A stretch of DNA of 64,000 bases, taken from assembly GCA_965227405.1 (NCBI GenBank), contig OZ245758.1:1321693-1385692 (forward strand), read 5' to 3'. A model generated the notes under the pieces. The model worked only from the letters and a program-made list of their open reading frames with translations. It did no database searches and was not told the origin of the DNA. Below are positions 9,022-19,788 of this stretch, piece after piece; position 1 is the stretch's first letter; each line of letters starts with the position of its first letter. A program made the position numbers and the translations under genes. The stretch comes from Polyangiales bacterium (GTDB lineage: Bacteria; Myxococcota_A; Polyangia; Polyangiales; Houyiibacteriaceae).

Positions 9022-11145
9022 CTAGAAATACAGCTCGATCGTGAACGTATCGATCGCACCGTCCTCGGTCAGCAACTGATCCATGTGCTCAGCCAAGGGT
9101 TGCCACACCGCTCCTCCATGCAGCAGGGGTGACTCGACATTGACCATGTTGAGTGCGGGAACACGATGCGATTCGTTCGGTCCTCGCACGGTTGCATCCC
9201 ATCGCAGATCCGTCGCTGTTCGACGTGGACGTGCATGGATTTCACCCACCAAGCCACTACTCGTTCGTCGCAACATCAGCGACACGAGTCGCGGCGCACC
9301 ATTGGCTGAGCGCACGATTCGGTTGAGAAAGCGCATGATGCCCTGACGTGTTTGCAAGTTGACTCCCTCGCGCAAGCTCGCGGGAAGCACAGTTCGCGGA
9401 TCGTCGATGTCGATTTTGAATCCTTCGCCCTCGAACCGATCTGTCGTCGGGAGTGGATCGGTGTTCGGGTTCATCGACAGGCGAGCACGCAACGCGTTGG
9501 ACATGTCGCGGATGGCTTGCAAACGCTCGGGCAACGCCGCCGTGCAATCGTATTCACGCTGAAGCGACTGCGCGATCCTGGCAGCAGCATAGTCCGCTCC
9601 CATCACACCGCACTGACCGACAAAGAGCAGTCCCGTATCGTCGAGCGCGGCAACACCGAGTTCGTTGTCCGCCGCCATATCCAGCAACATCATTCGTACA
9701 CGCGTGGGCACGGCATCCCAGTGTCGCGCGAGCAAGTCGTTTTGTTGGCGTCGCGCCATGGCGCTGATGAGTGAAAGATTTGCTTGTTCCTCAAGCCTGC
9801 CTTCGCGCACGGCCGTCTCGAACTGGCGGCGCAACAACCGGACCGTCGCGTCGTCCGCGTCGAAGCTGGCGACCACGCTTAGGAAAATCTCGCGATCGAC
9901 AGGATCACGAGACGTTCCCAAGCGACGCACAAAGCTCGCGGCTTCCCGCTCGAACATGCGCACGTACGCGTACGCCACCCCGTACCGCTCGTGTTGACTA
10001 AGACGAGAGTAGATTTGGGGAACCTCACGTTTTGCACGCGCTCGATCCGCTTCGATCATTCGCGTCACTAATCGATCCGAAGGCGTAAACCTTCGTCCTG
10101 GACTCGTCAGTCGCCGACGCGCATCGGCGTATCCAGAGTCCGCCTGTGCGCTTTGCCACCACTCTCTCGCATCATCTGCACCTTGGAACTGAATCCCGGC
10201 GAGTTCCGTCAGTCTCTGCAACGCCATCTTCCCCACACGGTTGACGACTCGCTGCGCCCACGGACTCGGGATCACGCGTCGATCGTCGAGCAGAGCCAAG
10301 AGCATTTGAACGCGCCCCGCAAAGTCCGCGCTCTCAAACTGCTGCCGGGCGGTGCCTCCTTGCGGCATGAAAAGAAGCGCACCGTCGTTCGGATCACCCG
10401 GCGTCCACAAGTCGCCTCGGATCTCTTGTGCGTACGCCGCGGCTTCGGTGCCCTCGAGCGCAATGATGTGGTCGAGACGTTCACGCATCGCCGCGGTCGC
10501 ACCCTCTTCGTTTGCTGCAAAGCGATGATTCGCGAAGTAGAGCAGCTCAAACGCCACATCGCCGCGCAGCTGCATGATCCGTTCACCATCAAAGGGCTGC
10601 GACAAGTGCGGCATCTCCAGCGCGAGTTCGAGCAAGGGCTGGATCCAACGCGTCTCACCATCGTTGCGGGCTTTGCGCGCGAGGTTGAGCACCATCACCG
10701 AAGCGATGCCTTGCGAATGAAGACCAATCGCCGATGCACGAACATGAGGGTCCGCGTTCCGGACGCGCTGTACGTAGTCGCGGATTCGGTCCACAGCTTC
10801 AGGCAGTTCAACCTCTTCCGGAAACTGGTATGGACTCAGGTAGCCCGGGTAACCGATCGAGACGATGCACTCTTGCGCGTCCGCACTCGCGGCCAGACCC
10901 CAGCGCGGGCCGTTTTCGGTCCAGAACATGATCACGCCGTCGGTTCCTGGAAGGTCGGCACCGTCCAGCACATCGAGCAACGCCATCGCTTGTTCGAGTT
11001 CACCCGTCGGAACAGGTGTTTCGGTCAGCGCGCGTCGTTCCTCCACATGAGCAACCGGCAACGTTGAAGGTCGAGCCGAGTCAGTCGCGCCACCGCAGGC
11101 AGCGACCAAGACCAGAGATACCCATCGAGTCATCGCGCGCAGCAT
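9022..11145 (-). CDS. Large lipoprotein of unknown function
   Basis: Lipobox MTRWVSLVLVAACGG; 707-aa coherent sequence with no recognisable catalytic motif. Confidence 0.7.
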   Translation of the reverse strand: MLRAMTRWVSLVLVAACGGATDSARPSTLPVAHVEERRALTETPVPTGELEQAMALLDVLDGADLPGTDGVIMFWTENGPRWGLAASADAQECIVSIGYPGYLSPYQFPEEVELPEAVDRIRDYVQRVRNADPHVRASAIGLHSQGIASVMVLNLARKARNDGETRWIQPLLELALEMPHLSQPFDGERIMQLRGDVAFELLYFANHRFAANEEGATAAMRERLDHIIALEGTEAAAYAQEIRGDLWTPGDPNDGALLFMPQGGTARQQFESADFAGRVQMLLALLDDRRVIPSPWAQRVVNRVGKMALQRLTELAGIQFQGADDAREWWQSAQADSGYADARRRLTSPGRRFTPSDRLVTRMIEADRARAKREVPQIYSRLSQHERYGVAYAYVRMFEREAASFVRRLGTSRDPVDREIFLSVVASFDADDATVRLLRRQFETAVREGRLEEQANLSLISAMARRQQNDLLARHWDAVPTRVRMMLLDMAADNELGVAALDDTGLLFVGQCGVMGADYAAARIAQSLQREYDCTAALPERLQAIRDMSNALRARLSMNPNTDPLPTTDRFEGEGFKIDIDDPRTVLPASLREGVNLQTRQGIMRFLNRIVRSANGAPRLVSLMLRRTSSGLVGEIHARPRRTATDLRWDATVRGPNESHRVPALNMVNVESPLLHGGAVWQPLAEHMDQLLTEDGAIDTFTIELYF

Positions 11146-11343
11146 AGTCCAGCGTTCGAGGACGGTAGGAACGGCGGGTCAATGCAGGCACATCGCAGTG
11201 TCCGTACGCACGCAATCGCCGATCGCGCTTGGGTGAGACGGCAACAAAATCCCTTGTGATCTCGGCAATACCTGACGAACCCACGCTTTTGAAATGCCGG
11301 CTTGGGTCTTGCTCGTTTGCGCTGCGTGACCGATCCCATCCGC

Positions 11344-14300
11344 ATGAAGAAGTCCGGTTCCACAGTCCAAGGCGACGGCCCCTATCGCGAGGCGCCGGTT
11401 CAACAACCACCGGACAAAACACCGGGTTGGATCATCGGTGTCATTGGCGGAATGATCGTCTTGGGCGTCTCTCTCGCCATTCTTCGTGACGACCCCGAGC
11501 AGATGCCTGAGCTCGAGGATGTTCCCGGTGTGTTGCTGGACTCCCTCGCGGTGTACCCCGCGCCCACCGAAGATCTGCCGCCCGCGGTACCACTTGATCC
11601 ACTGCTCGCTGCGGACCAACCCGAAATGCTCTCGGTGATGGAACCCGGTCCGGGCGCGATGCGTCTCCAACGCAACGAACCCATCCATGTTCGGTTCAAC
11701 CGTCCGATGGTGGAGGGGGCACAAGTCGGTCAGGACCTCGACAGCTCACCGATTCGATTCACCCCACCGATCAAGGGCACCGCGACCTGGAGCTCTCGAA
11801 GCCGACTGATCTTTCACGCCGACGGATCCGCATGGAACCGATCCCTTGAAGCACGCATGAGCTTCGACCCGGATCTGCGCAGCTTGGATGGCTCAACGGT
11901 CTTTGACGAACACGAACGCGTCGTTGTGTTCGATGGCACGCCGCACCTCGCGCAAACCTCCACCCGCACGGTCAGTCCCGGCGAAGCGCTTCCACTCTTT
12001 TTCGACAACCCGGTGAGCGCTGCACAACTCGGCCGCGACGTCATGCTCTACGAAGTGGGTGGCGGCTCACGTTCGATTCCGTTCGCACTGACCGGCGGGC
12101 GCATGGAAGAGCAGTACTACCGCGTCGATCTCCGCCCGACACGGCGTCTCGAAGAAGGCGCGAGTCTCGCAGCTGCCATCGCTCCGCGTTGGACGCGCTG
12201 GGGTGGAGGCTCACCTTCGATCGTGCGCTACCGAGTGCAGCCACCGCCACAGATCACGGGCGTTGGATGTGGCGATAACGCAGCTGCATACGGCGGGTGC
12301 AGCTATGGCGCCGTGCCGGGACGCATCGTGGATATCGGACCGGCGCTTCGGGTGCTCGCGAGTGAGGCCCTTCGCGAAGTTCTGCCCAACCAAGTTTCAA
12401 TCCGACCTGCTCTGCGTGACATGAGGATCGACTTCGCAGACGACACTCACCGCGTGCTGCAGATCCGCGGCGAGTGGGCTCCAGACCAAGTGTACGAAGT
12501 GCGCATCAACGCGTTGCGAACGGCGAACAACCGCTCACTGCAACGATTCTCGCCGCTTGCTGTTCGAAGCGCAGGTCATCCGCCACGCGTCGAAGTGCAG
12601 ACCGGTCGCTTCGCGTGGGAAATGGACGCCGAGACCCGACTGCGCTTTCGCGGGATTCACGTGGGCAAGGGTTCGATCATCACGCGTCCGGTCGACCCGG
12701 GCGATGAGATCAAAGCCGCACTCGACCCGGCCGGCTATGCCGCACAAGACGTCGATCACGCTCACTACGTGTTGATCGGCCCGCTTGCGCCCGACGCACG
12801 CCCCAACCAATGGGGCGAGGGCGAGTTCCACTGGCACGACGGCGAAACCCGAAACGCCAACATGGCCGTTGTTCAGTTTCGGGCTGGCGAAGCTCACACG
12901 GGCGTCACGTATCCAACGCTCTTTGCGCAGCGCACCAACCTCGCGACAACCGTGCGTGCACTTCCCGATGGGGTGTTGATCTGGGTCACCACGCTGAACA
13001 GTGGCGACGCGGTTGGGGACGCCGAGATCATGCTTGCCGATTCGGAAGGCGCCACGATCAGCACCGCCGAAACAGGAGGTGACGGTGTTGCGTGGATCGC
13101 GTTATCGGATCGCGATCTGACCGAAGAGCGCTTTGTTGTTCGTGCGGTTTCGGGGGACGACCGCCAAATCGTTGTGGTCGAACCTGGTAGTGCGTTGGGT
13201 CCGGCTCGTGTTGGACTCGCGATGGGCGGGGAACCGCCTCCTGAAGGTGCACCTCGGGCAAGTGTGTTTGCCGATCGCGGAGCCTATCGCCCAGGTGAAC
13301 TCGTGCGCGTCAAAGCCATGGTGCGCAGCCTTCATCGGTTGGGCGCCAGCGCGTACCGCGATCAGGAAGTGACGCTACGGGTACGCAGTCCTTCCAGCGT
13401 GGTGCCCTTGATCGAGCGCACGCTTCGCACAAACCAGTTTGGGACGCTGAGCGGCTCGGTCTCGTTGCCGGCGAGCGCCGCACTGGGCACCTACTCGGTG
13501 GTCGTGGCGATTCCGCCCGAAAGCGAAGAAGCGCGCGAGACCGTGGTCGGCAGCACGTCGTTCCGCGTCGCACAGTTTCGGCAGCCCACGTTCCGTGTGG
13601 ACATCGATGTTGCGGAGACCCTGCTCGCGAACGAGGCCATCGCGGCTGAAGCCAACGGCACGTACCTCTTTGGCGCACCCGTCGGCGAAGGTGACGTCAG
13701 CTGGTCGCTCGTTCGCGAAACCGCAGCCGGGTATCCCTCGCGTTGGCGCGAGATGCAGTTCGGTCCCGTTGATGGGTACGTGCAGCACGGTACGATCGCG
13801 TCCGGCAGCGACAAACTGAGTGCTGAAGGTGCACTGCAGCTGGCGTTGAGCGATGGACTCAGCGCCAACCGTCGCGAGCGTTTGGTGTTGGAGGTCGAAG
13901 TTCGCGATCGAACTGGCCAAACCACCGCGGCACATCGCAACCTCACCTTGCTCCCGAGCGCAGTGGAAGTCGGCATCAAGCGTGGTGACGACTGGGTTGG
14001 ACTGGGCGAAGCGCTCAACTTGGACGCGATTGTCATCGACGCGGAAGGGGAGCCTGTCGCCGAGCAACGCGTGGAAACGCGCTTTGTTCGCGAGGGCTGG
14101 CACCGTTGGTACGAGTGGGCACGCGGTGGTCACGGAAGCGGCTACCAAATGCGTCGCGAGCAGGAGCGCGAGCTTGTCCACACGTGTGCGTTGACCTCGT
14201 CGGACGACCTAACGACATGCACGTTCACACCGGATCGTCCCGGCACCTACGTCATGGAAGCCGAGGTTGTCGATACGCAGGGGCGTCGCTCACTCGCGCA

Positions 14301-17217
14301 ACGCCGACTCTACGTCGCCGGTCCGGACGAGGCACCGGACCGCGATCCGCCTGGGGCGCCGATTGCGGTTACGCCCACCCGCCGTTCCTATTCGGTGGGC
14401 GAAGAAGCCGAGCTCGCGTTTGAGTCACCATGGGATGACGCGTTGGCGTTGATCTCGATCGAACAAAACGGGGTGGTCTCGTACGAAACACGCGAAGTCG
14501 ACGCGGGTGGTCAAGTCATCCGTGTTCCGCTGACCGAAGAGATGGTTCCCAACGCGTTCATTGCGGTGTCGTTGGTGCGTGCCCGAACTGCGCCTCCGGG
14601 CGAACAGGTCGACGTTCACGGTCCCGACCTCCGGTTTGGCGCCGCCGAGATTCGGGTCGTTCCGGGACTCTCGCAGCTGGAAGTGTCCACGCGTGCTCCG
14701 GAGCGGGTTGAACCGGGCCAAGAGATCGAGGTCAACGTGCACGTCGACGGTGCGTCTGGGCCCACCGAGGTTGCGCTGTGGATGGTCGACGAGGGATTGC
14801 TTCGTCTTACGGACTACACCACGCCCGATCCCATGTCGGGTTTGTGGCCGCGTGTCGCACCACACTTCGCCTGGGAAGACCTGCGCCGTGCACTGGTGGC
14901 TCGCGTCACTCCGCCTGCAGAACGTGCCGGTGGCGATGGCGGCGAAGTTGCACAACGGACGTTACGACCCGATGAGCCCGTGCTCGATCCGGTGCCGCTC
15001 TGGGAGCCGCATCTGGTCACCGATTCGTCGGGCAACGCGAGCGTGCGCGTTCGACTGCCGGAGCGAACGACCGAGTACCGCATTATCGCGCTCGCGATCG
15101 ACGAGGGTTCCGCGTGGGGTCATCACGAGTCACAGGTCGTCGCAACGCGCCCCGTCGTGCTTGCGGATGCGCTGCCGCGTTTCCTTACGGAGAACGATCG
15201 CTTCGAAGCCGCGTTCTTCGTGCATGGGACAAGCGATGATGACGTCACCCTGCCCGTCCGCATCACCGTGGACGGCGAGGAAGTTCACCGCGAGGAGGTC
15301 ACGCTTCGCGGCCGTGGTCAGAAGCGCATCGCCATTCCCTTGGTGGTGGAGCAACTCGGAAGCATGGACGTGGAGCTGCACGCCGGAAACGCTACGCTCG
15401 CGAGAACGATCCCAGTCGCGCCGCGTGCGCGTTGGATGCGCAGCGTTGCCATTGGCGGTGCGGAAGGCGAGCCCGGATCGCAAAGCAACCGTGAACTGAT
15501 GGTGAATCTGCCTCCCTCAGACGGCGGAAGCATGAATGTGACCGTGTCGAACCACCCCTTCGTGGGCCTCGACCTGGTCGCCGAGATGCTCGAGTCGTCA
15601 CCGTGGGGCGGGCTAACGCACAACGCGTCGACGGTGATTGGACTCGCCGCTCTCACCCGTGTCCACGAAGGCATGCCTCGCGACCGCGCCGAGGAACTTC
15701 AGATCCGCGGCGACCGCGCTGTACGTCAGCTCGTGCTTTTGCAAACCGGCGACGGTGGCTTTGGCCGGTGGACAGGCAACGGCTACGCGTCGGCATGGGA
15801 ACAAGCGTTCGCCATGCACGCGCTCCACGTCGGAAAACAAGCAGGATTCAACGTGCCCGAGGACGTGTACGAACGCTCACGCGCGAACCTCCGACGCTGG
15901 GTGGAGGAACGCTCACTCGCCGACAGCTACTACCGCCGTGAGCCAGACACTCGCGCGTTCGTGTTGCGCGTCTTGGCCGACGCTGACGATCCGATGCCCG
16001 AAGAGATGGGAACGCTCTTCGACAATCGCGACCAGCTGGGTATCGAAGGACTCGCAAACCTCGCGCTGGCCATGGACGAAGACGCAACTCGACGGGCAAC
16101 GCTGGTAAAGCAGGCGATCGACTACGCGCTTGTCGACCACACGGAAGACGACACGTTGGCCGTATACGTGCGGCACTGGGACCGGCGCGCCAGTGTGCTT
16201 GGCCCCCTTCTCGAGGTGGTCTCGACCACACGCGCAGGCATCGCGAGTTCCGGACCCGTTGCGAGCGAGCTCCTGAAGTTGGCCCAAGCAGGTTCACGCT
16301 TCGTATGGCGCACCTCGTTTGATGCGGCGCACGCACTCCAGGGCATAGCTGCATACGCGCAAGCGTTCACGCGCGACGCCGACGAGCTTCCGCAAGTCCA
16401 CCTCGACGGCGCCTTGCAGACAGCTGCAAGTGAAGCGGAGAACGCGGCACGCTACGCGTTCAACCCGCGCTCCCTAGGCGGCGAGTCGCATCAGCTTCGG
16501 TTCACGCCGGACGGCGAACGACCGTTCTTCTACGCGATGGAAGGCGAATGGTCGGTTCCACTCAGCGGCTTCGACCGGGTCGCACGCGGTCGACGCGTGT
16601 CACTCCATCGTCGCTTTGAAACGTCGACCGGTCGTCAGCTTCGCCCCGGTGATGCCGTGGAACTCGGCGAGATGATTCGGGTGCGCTTGTTCGTGTTCAC
16701 CGAGAACTCCAATCCCGGTGACGTGATGATTCACGACCCCATGGGCGGCGGGTTCGAAGCGGTGCAAAACCAGTTCGCCACAACTCCACAAAACGCATTG
16801 ATGGCGATGCTCGGCATGGGACCCGATGACGACGCGGTGGATCCGCGCGGGTACCACGCCATGCGCTCGAGCCATTCGATCAGCCATCGTGCGTTGGAGC
16901 GGAACGCAGCCGTGTACTACTTCGACAATCTGCCCACGGGATTGCAGGAGTACACGTACGTCGTCCGCGCCACGACCGTCGGTGAGTTCACGTTGCCTCC
17001 GGCACAGGTTCAGGCGGCGAGCGACCAGGAGTTCGAAGGTCGTTCGTCGATGTTTGAGCTACGCGTGGTCGAAGAGTTGACCGACGCGGACTTGATTCGC
17101 GAGGAGCCGGATTCGGAAGTCTTGGTCGACGAAGTCTCGGACGACGCAGCCTCGGACGACGAAGTTTCGGATAACGAAGTCTCGGACGGCCCCGACGGAA
17201 TCATGCCCGTCGAATGA
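11344..17217 (+). CDS. Bacterial alpha-2-macroglobulin family protein (thioester motif absent)
   Basis: About 1950 aa. Alpha-alpha toroid segment LVLLQTGDGGFGRWTGNGYASAWEQAFAMHALHV. Where E. coli YfhM has PYGCLEQTTS, this protein reads SPWGGLTHNAST. N-terminal TM anchor. Overlaps the pbpC start by ATGA. Confidence 0.85.
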   Translation: MKKSGSTVQGDGPYREAPVQQPPDKTPGWIIGVIGGMIVLGVSLAILRDDPEQMPELEDVPGVLLDSLAVYPAPTEDLPPAVPLDPLLAADQPEMLSVMEPGPGAMRLQRNEPIHVRFNRPMVEGAQVGQDLDSSPIRFTPPIKGTATWSSRSRLIFHADGSAWNRSLEARMSFDPDLRSLDGSTVFDEHERVVVFDGTPHLAQTSTRTVSPGEALPLFFDNPVSAAQLGRDVMLYEVGGGSRSIPFALTGGRMEEQYYRVDLRPTRRLEEGASLAAAIAPRWTRWGGGSPSIVRYRVQPPPQITGVGCGDNAAAYGGCSYGAVPGRIVDIGPALRVLASEALREVLPNQVSIRPALRDMRIDFADDTHRVLQIRGEWAPDQVYEVRINALRTANNRSLQRFSPLAVRSAGHPPRVEVQTGRFAWEMDAETRLRFRGIHVGKGSIITRPVDPGDEIKAALDPAGYAAQDVDHAHYVLIGPLAPDARPNQWGEGEFHWHDGETRNANMAVVQFRAGEAHTGVTYPTLFAQRTNLATTVRALPDGVLIWVTTLNSGDAVGDAEIMLADSEGATISTAETGGDGVAWIALSDRDLTEERFVVRAVSGDDRQIVVVEPGSALGPARVGLAMGGEPPPEGAPRASVFADRGAYRPGELVRVKAMVRSLHRLGASAYRDQEVTLRVRSPSSVVPLIERTLRTNQFGTLSGSVSLPASAALGTYSVVVAIPPESEEARETVVGSTSFRVAQFRQPTFRVDIDVAETLLANEAIAAEANGTYLFGAPVGEGDVSWSLVRETAAGYPSRWREMQFGPVDGYVQHGTIASGSDKLSAEGALQLALSDGLSANRRERLVLEVEVRDRTGQTTAAHRNLTLLPSAVEVGIKRGDDWVGLGEALNLDAIVIDAEGEPVAEQRVETRFVREGWHRWYEWARGGHGSGYQMRREQERELVHTCALTSSDDLTTCTFTPDRPGTYVMEAEVVDTQGRRSLAQRRLYVAGPDEAPDRDPPGAPIAVTPTRRSYSVGEEAELAFESPWDDALALISIEQNGVVSYETREVDAGGQVIRVPLTEEMVPNAFIAVSLVRARTAPPGEQVDVHGPDLRFGAAEIRVVPGLSQLEVSTRAPERVEPGQEIEVNVHVDGASGPTEVALWMVDEGLLRLTDYTTPDPMSGLWPRVAPHFAWEDLRRALVARVTPPAERAGGDGGEVAQRTLRPDEPVLDPVPLWEPHLVTDSSGNASVRVRLPERTTEYRIIALAIDEGSAWGHHESQVVATRPVVLADALPRFLTENDRFEAAFFVHGTSDDDVTLPVRITVDGEEVHREEVTLRGRGQKRIAIPLVVEQLGSMDVELHAGNATLARTIPVAPRARWMRSVAIGGAEGEPGSQSNRELMVNLPPSDGGSMNVTVSNHPFVGLDLVAEMLESSPWGGLTHNASTVIGLAALTRVHEGMPRDRAEELQIRGDRAVRQLVLLQTGDGGFGRWTGNGYASAWEQAFAMHALHVGKQAGFNVPEDVYERSRANLRRWVEERSLADSYYRREPDTRAFVLRVLADADDPMPEEMGTLFDNRDQLGIEGLANLALAMDEDATRRATLVKQAIDYALVDHTEDDTLAVYVRHWDRRASVLGPLLEVVSTTRAGIASSGPVASELLKLAQAGSRFVWRTSFDAAHALQGIAAYAQAFTRDADELPQVHLDGALQTAASEAENAARYAFNPRSLGGESHQLRFTPDGERPFFYAMEGEWSVPLSGFDRVARGRRVSLHRRFETSTGRQLRPGDAVELGEMIRVRLFVFTENSNPGDVMIHDPMGGGFEAVQNQFATTPQNALMAMLGMGPDDDAVDPRGYHAMRSSHSISHRALERNAAVYYFDNLPTGLQEYTYVVRATTVGEFTLPPAQVQAASDQEFEGRSSMFELRVVEELTDADLIREEPDSEVLVDEVSDDAASDDEVSDNEVSDGPDGIMPVE

Positions 17218-19469
17218 AACAGCTGGTCCGACGCCTGGCTCACAAAGCCAAACGATGCGCACAAGCCGCCGCGGTGTTCGGCATCGCGGTGGTGCTCGCG
17301 TGGTCTAGCGTCGGGCCGCATCTCGTCTCGCGCGACGACTTCACCATCCCTGCTGGCTCGGTCACGATCACCGACCGGCACGGCGAGCCCCTACGTCACG
17401 TGCGCCACAACGACATCCATCGTCGTTGGGTGTCGATCGATGGAGTCTCGCAGAACTTCTTGCTCGCGATGATCGTGGCTGAAGACAAGCGCTTCTTCGA
17501 ACACAACGGCGTGGACTTGCGCGCACTGACTCGTGCCATCGGCTACGCCGTGAGTCCGACACGAAGGCGAAGTGGTGCGTCGACCATCACCCAGCAAACG
17601 GTAAAGCTCACCTTTGGGCGGCCGTTGGGACGATGGTCCAAACCGCTCGAAGTGCTTCGCGCACTCTCGCTCGAACAACACATGAGCAAGAGCGAAATCC
17701 TGGAGCAGTACGTCAACCGACTGCCGTACGCGGACAACGTGGTTGGCATTGCGCGGGCGTCTGAGAGCTACTTTGGCAAACCGCCCTCGCAGCTCACCCT
17801 GGCCGAAGCTGCACTCTTGGCGGGATTGCCGCAGGCGCCTACCCGCTACGACCCACGACGTCATCCCGAAGCAGCGCGCGATCGACGAAGTGTCGTGCTT
17901 CGCCGCATGCAGCGTTTGGGCGTGATCACCGCAGAAGAGCTGCGTGATGCGCTCAACACGCCGATTCGTGTCCAGCACGAGTCGCGTCCTTGGCGCGCTG
18001 CGCGTTTTGCGGATCGCGTGCTGGGTGCGTACCGGCACGGTGAAGTTCGTGCCGACTCGCGTCGCCGAGTTCGGTCCACGTTGGACCTGCGCGTTCAAGC
18101 CGAGACCGAGAGCATTCTTCGCGCCGCCGTGGAACGACAGCGAACTCGTGGCGTAACAAACGGTGCCGCGATCGTGGTGGACAACAAGACCGGCGAGATT
18201 CGTGCGTACGTGGGTGCCGCACGTCCGGAGGGCCCAGGCGGATCGATGGATTTGCTCCAGGCCGGTCGCCAGCCAGGGTCAACGCTTAAGCCGTTTGTGT
18301 ACGAACTCTTCTTCGAGCGTGGAGGTACAGCAGCAAGTGTCTTGGCAGACGTTGCTGCGCCGATGCGCGGTGGACAGGGCGAAACGTTCGAAGCACATGA
18401 CTACGATGGTCGTGAACGCGGTCCCGTCCGTGCACGTGCAGCACTTTCGGCGTCATTGAACCTCGCGGCGATTGATGCGGCACGCCAAGTCGGCGCCGAG
18501 CGCATCGTGTCTCGTCTGCGCGACCTCGGCATGCGCAACGTCGGTTCCGCGCAGGAGTACGGTGCCGCAATCGCGCTCGGAGGTTTGGACGTGCGCCCGA
18601 TCGATTTGGCGCGCGCATATGTGACACTCGCTCGTGAAGGCTCGCGAATCGGGCTGCGTTTCACTCCTGCGGCGACGGCAGTCCAGGGACGGGAAGTGCT
18701 GGACCCCAACGCTGCGCGTCTAACGACGGACATTCTGCGCGACCCGGTGGCGCGTCGAGACGGCTTTGGCCGCGACCTGACCGATCTTGCCGACGGCGAC
18801 TTTGCTCTCAAAACCGGAACGAGCAGCGGATTCCGGGACGCGTGGGCGGCCGTGTACACCGATGAATTGACCGTGGTGGTTTGGTTGGGTGACCCCGAGG
18901 GTCGACCTCTCGACGAAGTGTCTGGCTTTGGCGCCGCTGCGCCCATCGCTGCGCGTATCTTGGGAGCCGCACGAACCGAACCCGAATTTGCTCGCGGTGC
19001 ATTCGTCACGCAGATGGTCTGTCCACTCAGCGGTGCACGTCCGGGGCCTTCATGCCCGCACGCGATCGCCGAACGCTTCGTCGAGGGCACCGGACCAGCA
19101 CACGTTTGTCCCTTCCATCAACCCGATGGGTCCGTTGTCCTTCCTCCTAGCTACGCCGGCTGGCAGGCACGCGTACAAACAGCCGGAACGCGTATCGCGC
19201 AACTTGGACAGCGCGGCCACCTTCGCGTCGTCCGACCACGCGATGGCGCACGCTTGTTGATCGACAGCACGCGTCCGCCAAGCGTCGACCTTCAGGCCAC
19301 GCTCGGCGGAAGCTTCGCGACCGACGTCGTCTGGTCGGTCAACGGTCACATCACACACGGTGCATGGCGGCCCGAGCCTGGCACACACCGCATCGAAGCA
19401 CGCTTCGGAAACCAAGTTGCGCACGCCGAGGTCAGCGTGCAGCGAATCAGTCCTCCACAAACGCCTTGA
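17214..19469 (+). CDS. pbpC: Penicillin-binding protein 1C (transglycosylase/transpeptidase)
   Basis: Glycosyltransferase motifs EDKRFFEHNG and STITQQ. Transpeptidase motifs STLKPF (SxxK) and KTGTS. Coupled to the A2M gene. Confidence 0.9.
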   Translation: MKQLVRRLAHKAKRCAQAAAVFGIAVVLAWSSVGPHLVSRDDFTIPAGSVTITDRHGEPLRHVRHNDIHRRWVSIDGVSQNFLLAMIVAEDKRFFEHNGVDLRALTRAIGYAVSPTRRRSGASTITQQTVKLTFGRPLGRWSKPLEVLRALSLEQHMSKSEILEQYVNRLPYADNVVGIARASESYFGKPPSQLTLAEAALLAGLPQAPTRYDPRRHPEAARDRRSVVLRRMQRLGVITAEELRDALNTPIRVQHESRPWRAARFADRVLGAYRHGEVRADSRRRVRSTLDLRVQAETESILRAAVERQRTRGVTNGAAIVVDNKTGEIRAYVGAARPEGPGGSMDLLQAGRQPGSTLKPFVYELFFERGGTAASVLADVAAPMRGGQGETFEAHDYDGRERGPVRARAALSASLNLAAIDAARQVGAERIVSRLRDLGMRNVGSAQEYGAAIALGGLDVRPIDLARAYVTLAREGSRIGLRFTPAATAVQGREVLDPNAARLTTDILRDPVARRDGFGRDLTDLADGDFALKTGTSSGFRDAWAAVYTDELTVVVWLGDPEGRPLDEVSGFGAAAPIAARILGAARTEPEFARGAFVTQMVCPLSGARPGPSCPHAIAERFVEGTGPAHVCPFHQPDGSVVLPPSYAGWQARVQTAGTRIAQLGQRGHLRVVRPRDGARLLIDSTRPPSVDLQATLGGSFATDVVWSVNGHITHGAWRPEPGTHRIEARFGNQVAHAEVSVQRISPPQTP

Positions 19470-19788
19470 GTCGTTCCAGCGCAGCATCCCACTGCGCATC
19501 GATACGGTCCAAGTACTCACGCGCGTCGCTCAGCCGATCCGGCTCAAGCTCCCAGATATGCTCTCTGCCGCGCCGAAAGCTGCGAACCAATCCTGCGTCG
19601 TGCAACACGTGGAGATGTTTCGTGATGGCCTGACGCGACACCTCTGCATGTTCGCTGAGTCCTGCGATCGACTCGGGACCGCCCGCCGACAGCCTCACCA
19701 CGAGGTTAAGACGCGTCGGATCCCCCAACGCTGCAAAGAGCGGTGCAGCATCTCGGATTTTCGCGGGCGTGAACCGTTTAGCCATCAA
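19447..19788 (-). CDS. ArsR/SmtB family transcriptional regulator
   Basis: LGDPTRLNLVVRLSAGGPESIAGLSEHAEVSRQAITKHLHVLHDAGLV is a winged-helix ArsR signature. Confidence 0.85.
   Translation of the reverse strand: MMAKRFTPAKIRDAAPLFAALGDPTRLNLVVRLSAGGPESIAGLSEHAEVSRQAITKHLHVLHDAGLVRSFRRGREHIWELEPDRLSDAREYLDRIDAQWDAALERLKAFVED

Noticed and set aside
10153-11067. 304-aa plus-strand ORF antisense to the 707-aa lipoprotein gene
   Set aside because: No signal, motif or plausible start context. The opposite-strand product has a lipobox and a coherent sequence.
13375-14181. 268-aa minus-strand ORF (and 14561..15499 plus-strand alternative frame) within the alpha-2-macroglobulin gene
   Set aside because: They overlap a continuous 1950-aa A2M reading frame with family-specific motifs. 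The translations are Arg/Cys/Ser-rich nonsense typical of off-frame GC-rich DNA.
11344-17217. Thioester CxEQ motif in the alpha-2-macroglobulin
   Set aside because: I scanned every EQ dipeptide in the protein. None is preceded by Cys at -2. The homologous position reads GLTH, so I reported the absence as a finding rather than calling a thioester.
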